NCBI GenBank assembly: GCA_013239625.1
Contig: MU057202.1
Location: forward strand, 2,059,101-2,123,100
Reading direction: 5' to 3'
Origin: Lama guanicoe
Taxonomy: Eukaryota
Length of the DNA stretch: 64,000 nt
Shown here in pieces: positions 59,286-64,000 of the stretch. A program made the position numbers and the translations under genes. Below the pieces are notes generated by a model that ran no database searches, was not told the origin of the DNA, and saw only the letters and a program-made list of their open reading frames with translations. Positions within the stretch are counted from its first letter, which is position 1. Each line of letters begins with the position of its first letter.

Positions 59286-60135
59286 TGCACTTCTTTAAAA
59301 AAAAATCTTCCTGTCAGTAAAACAAAACACATTTTTTAATCCAACACCCTCCTTCTAAGTAAGGAATCTGACACGCAGACAGGAGGAGCAAGGAGTCTGA
59401 GCCCAGGCAGGCAGGCAGAGACGAGACTGGACTCCAGGTTTCCTCCCCCCTGGGCCGGCGTCCTCCCCCCGAGTCACCGTGGGAGGCTGCGCGCATGTCC
59501 AAATGCACAGCTTCAGATGCGCCCCGCCTTCAGGGGGCAGGTGATGGACGGCCCTTCGGGGTAAGAGCAATTTCATGGATCACTAGGTGTAGCCAGTTCA
59601 CATTTTTCCCCAAGACAGCCAAGCTGTTAGCAGAGGCAGAGTGGGTTTCCTCGGTCTCTGGTCACACACGGCAGACACCACGGCGTTCCTCCCTCATGCA
59701 GCCAGGTGATATTACTGTCCTTCACTTCTGCTCTTTGAGGTGCTCTTGATAAAGGTGTAGCAGCTGGGTTATTAGGTAACATGTTCCATGTCTTGTCAGG
59801 TTACCCCACCACCCGTTTCCTCGTCTGGGAAATGAGGGAGTGGGCGGCCATCAAGCCTCTCTGATCTCTAAGGAGGAGGACCCGGTGCCCCACATTGCCT
59901 GGGGGGTCCTGGTTCATGCCCGTTGCCCAGCGTACTTAACGGCTGCATCCTGGGTGCCCCCCAGGGTGCCCCAGCTTGCATGAAAAACCATTCACTCCCT
60001 CCAGCCCAGTGGCGTGCTGGAGCCACACGGCACCGGCTCTCCAGACCTGAGGCTGCGTGTGCCCCCAGCCTGTGTTACTGCCAGGTGCAGTGAGGGAATG
60101 TTTGACTACAGAGTCTGTTTTTTTAAAGTTATTTT

Positions 60136-60446
60136 GATCCATCCATGTTGTTGCGCATGGCAAGATTTCGTCTTTTTATGGCTGAGTAGTATTCCACCGC
60201 CCACACACACTGCCTCTTCCTTATCCGGCCGTCTGATGGTGGACTCGGAGGTTGCTTCCACGCCTTGGGTGCTGAGAACAATGCTGGGAGAGCAAAACCG
60301 GTGAGGGGCGTCAGCAGTCTGGGCAGATGGAAACCAGACTTGTGGTGGTGAGCGTGCCAAGTGCAGACAGATGTAGAAAAAGAATTCTGTAAACATGGAA
60401 CTTATGTCATGTTACAAGACAATAAAACATCTTAAATAATGACAGA
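60136..60446. mobile_element. 5'-inverted L1 insertion (antisense ~60136-60290 plus sense 3' end ~60300-60446)
   Basis: Antisense L1 gatccatccatgttgttgcgcatggcaagatttcgtctttttatggctgagtagtattcca, then sense 3' end cagatggaaaccagacttgtggtggtgagc...; flanks aaagttatttt and aaagctacttt. Confidence 0.82.
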
Positions 60447-61269
60447 AAAGCTACTTTAGTGACAAGTCAGTTGACATACTCAGTGTTCTAGTTCTAGTGA
60501 CCGACTCGTGAAAATGTCCACTTAAGCCAGTGTCTGTCCGGGTCCTTAGCGGTCACAACACTGCGAAAGCCGAGTCCCCTTTGCATGTGTTTTTCTGTTT
60601 CATCCGTCAGGCTGGCTGCACCGACCCCGTCGCTATGGGACACAGTGTCTCCACAAAGCTGAAATCCCCAGATGCTCTCAGGGAGAGAACAGCCTGGAAC
60701 CGGCCATCCCTGGGTTGCCCCCTGGCCAGTTGGGTGACCGTCTCACCAGATGCTCGTCTGAAAAAGTGCAGTTAAAACGCAGCCCTTCCCAAGTGTGGAC
60801 CGGCTGCAGGTGAGGGCAGTCCTGCTCCTGGGCTGCCTTCCCTGTGTCCAGGCCCACAGACGGGGAGCCTTCTCCCCTGAGATGGGGAGCCTTTCCCCCA
60901 CACCCGCCTGGGGAAGGGGCACGGATACACCCCTCTCCAAGGAGGCATGCCTGACACATGCTGTGTGCGCTGCAGCCACGAACAGAGACCCCTCCCCCTC
61001 CCGACCCCCTTACATCATCGGGAGCCTGAGTCCCGGCGGGCGTGGATGCTAAAGGCCATGCGGCGGGTGAGGAACAGGCCGACGGCAGAGACGAGGATTC
61101 GACTCTCAGGTAAGGGGAGACGCAAGCGGCCTGTATAAAGTCACCCCAACTCAGCTTGCAGATGGGGACTGAGGTGAGAGCCGGTGAGGCCACCAGGGAG
61201 GCCGTCGGTCCCGGCTCCGCAGGAGAGCTGGCACTGGTGACACCCACACGCTTAGACAGAGCCCTGCGC

Positions 61270-61435
61270 CCAGGGGTCCCGTTTGCCCACCTACGGAATG
61301 GGGAGGTTAAGTGTCTACGTTCAGGGGTTTGGAGACTGAAATGAGATAAAGCCTGCAGGACGCACACGGGATGAGACGGCCACACAGCGTGGTGCCAGAC
61401 CCACGCAGTTTGCTGGTGGGAAGCTTGCTGTTAAT
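61270..61435 (+). mobile_element. MIR fragment
   Basis: cgtttgcccacctacggaatgggg...gagactgaaatgagataaagcctgcagg. Confidence 0.55.
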
Positions 61436-61589
61436 GCCTTTTTTTTTTTTACGGTGGCCCTCATTCATTTCTTCTTGGCATCTGTGATCCCCTTCCTTCC
61501 TTCCTACAAAGAACCTGAACCTCCCAGTCGTGGGCTTTGTGTGGTCCCTGGGTGGTTTGGGACAGTCACCTACTCCTTCTGCTTTGAGG

Positions 61590-61920
61590 CTGTTGAATTC
61601 AAAAACGGGGCTGCAACATAAATTCGCCCAATCAGAGCAAATGTTGGGACTTGGGTTGGGTGAGAGAGGGAGGACACCCTGTCTCTTCCTGTGTGGGCGG
61701 ACAGTGGAGCATGGAATCTGACCACATTGAGCGAAGTCTTCCTGTAGGTGAAGCTGCCACAGAGAAGGAGAAACACAGCTCTGGTGACACTGTCAACTGC
61801 TGGAACAAACCGAGCCTGAAGCTCACCCTGTCTCTGGATTTTTCCAGTTATATGGGCCAATGAATTCACATTGTTGCTTAAACCAGTTTGGATATCTGCT
61901 GCTTGTACCCTAACTAATCT
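61590..61920 (+). mobile_element. MaLR LTR (MLT1K-like)
   Basis: gcctgaagctcaccctgtctctggatttttccagttatatgggccaatgaattcacattgttgcttaaaccagtttgga. Confidence 0.8.
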
Positions 61921-64000
61921 ATTGAAACACTTTTCTGAGGCGAGGCAGTGCCAGAGCCCAGCATCTTCAGCCTTCTGGCTGAACGAGAGGGTGTACGGGG
62001 AGACGGCGCAGGTGAAAAGCATCTCATACAGTAGTTAACACACATGGACGTGCCAGGAAAATCCATGGGTTTCCCATCCTTCCTTCTCTGTTGTATTCAA
62101 AGCAATTTCAACTACATCATCAAAAAATTAGATTTCCAGACTGCTCATGGAGAGACAGATTCTTCAGCCTGGACTGTTTGAGGCTTATTCAAGTAATTGC
62201 ATGCCTTGGGAAATATTAATACAATGCCTTTATTTCTCCCTTGAGACAGAATATGACACATTGACCCACTTGGAATGGAGTGAAGCACTCGAACACTAGC
62301 TACAGGGCCGAGTTTAAAACTGGAAACTGGTTATGTTCAGTTAAGATTTTAAGAGCTGATTTCCCCAAATCCACTTGCTGCTTGGGACTCAGAGAAGCAA
62401 AGACAGGGAGGCCAGCTGAAAGGCTTCCTGAGGCTGGCAGGCAGCTCCCCGCTCCACGGTGTGACGCAGGGACCCAGCCTCTCCTGCGCTCGGCTCTCAC
62501 ATCTGCAGCAGGACTTCACGACCTGCACCCGTGGACCATGTGGAACCCAGGAGGTAGGCGACGGGATGGGAAAAACATTCCACTGCGATTTTCACTAACC
62601 TCTCACTGAGTCACAGCTTCGGCTTCCATTATGCAAGCAGGCAGCAGGCGGCACGGCAGCACCGTGAACCTTCCTGCCTGCGGAAATCAGATATTCCACA
62701 TTTCAGCCATTGTGGGTATCTTGAAACTCCGCCTATTCTCATTCACAATGATCGGGGCTCTGACGTCTTGTTGTTAAATACACTCGTGACGAAGTGCGTG
62801 CATTACGGCATCCCTGACGCTGACGTGTCGCTGCAACGCCCTCCTGTGGCTCCAATATGCTGATTGTTACTGTTAATTATTATTATCATCATGTAATCAT
62901 CACGCCCCCGATTGTCAGATTTCCCCGTCGTCCTCCCTAAGGAGACCACGAACTCCTTGATGAAAGGGGCATGTCTGACCCATTTTTATTTTCAGCATTG
63001 AGCAGAGAGTTGAGAATCCAGCAAATATTGGGGGACAAGTGAATAATGATGTTGTGCAGTTACTTTGTGACACTTCTGTCTCCGGGAAAGCAAGGTGAGA
63101 GGCCTTCTCGAGGGCCGAGCTGGGACGTGCTTGTAAGCAGGGACCACATCCAAGCCTCTGCTTCCGAGTGCATTGGCCTCCTCCATCACACTTGTTGAAA
63201 ATCAATCACATGGACACACCTAGCGCACACAGGTACACATGTCCGCTCACACACGCACACGCCGACGCTTCAGCCAGAAGCTCCCTCCTTCCCTCTCTGA
63301 CTCCACCCTGCCTCCAAGGGGAATATTTATGATTTTTAATAAATCGGGACCATGGTTCATTAGGCAGCTCGCACACGCCCCCAAGGCCCCCGCGGGGCTG
63401 TCACGGTCGGCGTTTCATGTGTCTGAGCGTGGTGAGGCCGCACATGCCACACTGATGAACTCACGGGGGACCCAGCTCTGTCCCTGCTGCCCGGGAGGGC
63501 ACTTGTCTTTCAAACCAGATTAAAAGAAAACAAGAGCATGGCCCATCCCCGCTGGAGGAGCGCGGAATGGTGCGCTTCGCAGAAGCAGGAATGCAGCCCA
63601 TTAATTACTATTTGTCGTCTATTAATTACTATTTGAAATACGGCCCGGCTGTGATGGGCGGGGGAGTGGCGGTCGAGTGCTAATGAGCAGGCTTAACTCC
63701 TGGACTCGGAGGAGACTGGGTCTGAGCTGTGTGCCCTGGAGCTGCGGCCCGAGCAGGCGCAGCGAGGCCCACGAGGTGGGGGGGCGCTTCTGCATGAAAG
63801 GAGGGACCCAGGGCACGGCTCCTGAACTCAGGGGCAGCGAGGATGAGCGGGGGCTTGGGTCGCCGGGGGCCAGGCCAGCTCATCACACGGAGTTTACAGG
63901 CGGGTCTTGGCGTCGGATGCGACTTCCCTGCACTGAACTCCTGGGCCGCCACGGCAGGGGGGCGGCGGGGGCGGCAAGCCCACTTCCTGCGGCAGGTTAA

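Noticed and set aside
1-64000. The several hundred other 60-235 aa ORFs
   Set aside because: They overlap in all six frames, many lie in identified repeats, their composition reflects high GC, and none resembles a known protein apart from L1 and Charlie remnants.

Overview
This is GC-rich eutherian genomic DNA, not prokaryotic, and appears intergenic or deep-intronic. I recognise no protein-coding gene, RNA gene or CRISPR array. The ORF track is dominated by spurious GC-rich reading frames, and the only protein-like remnants are dead L1 ORF2 and Charlie1 (hAT) transposase fragments. The window is a mosaic of ancient interspersed repeats (MIR, L2, L1M, MLT1/MLT2, LTR16, LTR33, MER5, MER53, Charlie1), a few younger cetartiodactyl-type L1 pieces (possibly camelid; inference), one 175-N assembly gap, and repeat-free AT-richer blocks that look like candidate enhancers. 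The most notable signals are: (1) pervasive AT->GC substitution in repeats, including a CpG island at ~48.1-49.2 kb whose right half looks like a GC-converted L1 3'UTR; (2) a strong CTCF motif at 27.78 kb; (3) a 5'-inverted L1 insertion with target-site duplication at 60.1-60.5 kb; (4) a perfect 136-bp duplication at 9.9-10.2 kb that may be an assembly artefact. I found no convincing novel biological system. Repeat families were assigned by eye from remembered consensus sequences, so subfamily names and most boundaries are approximate.
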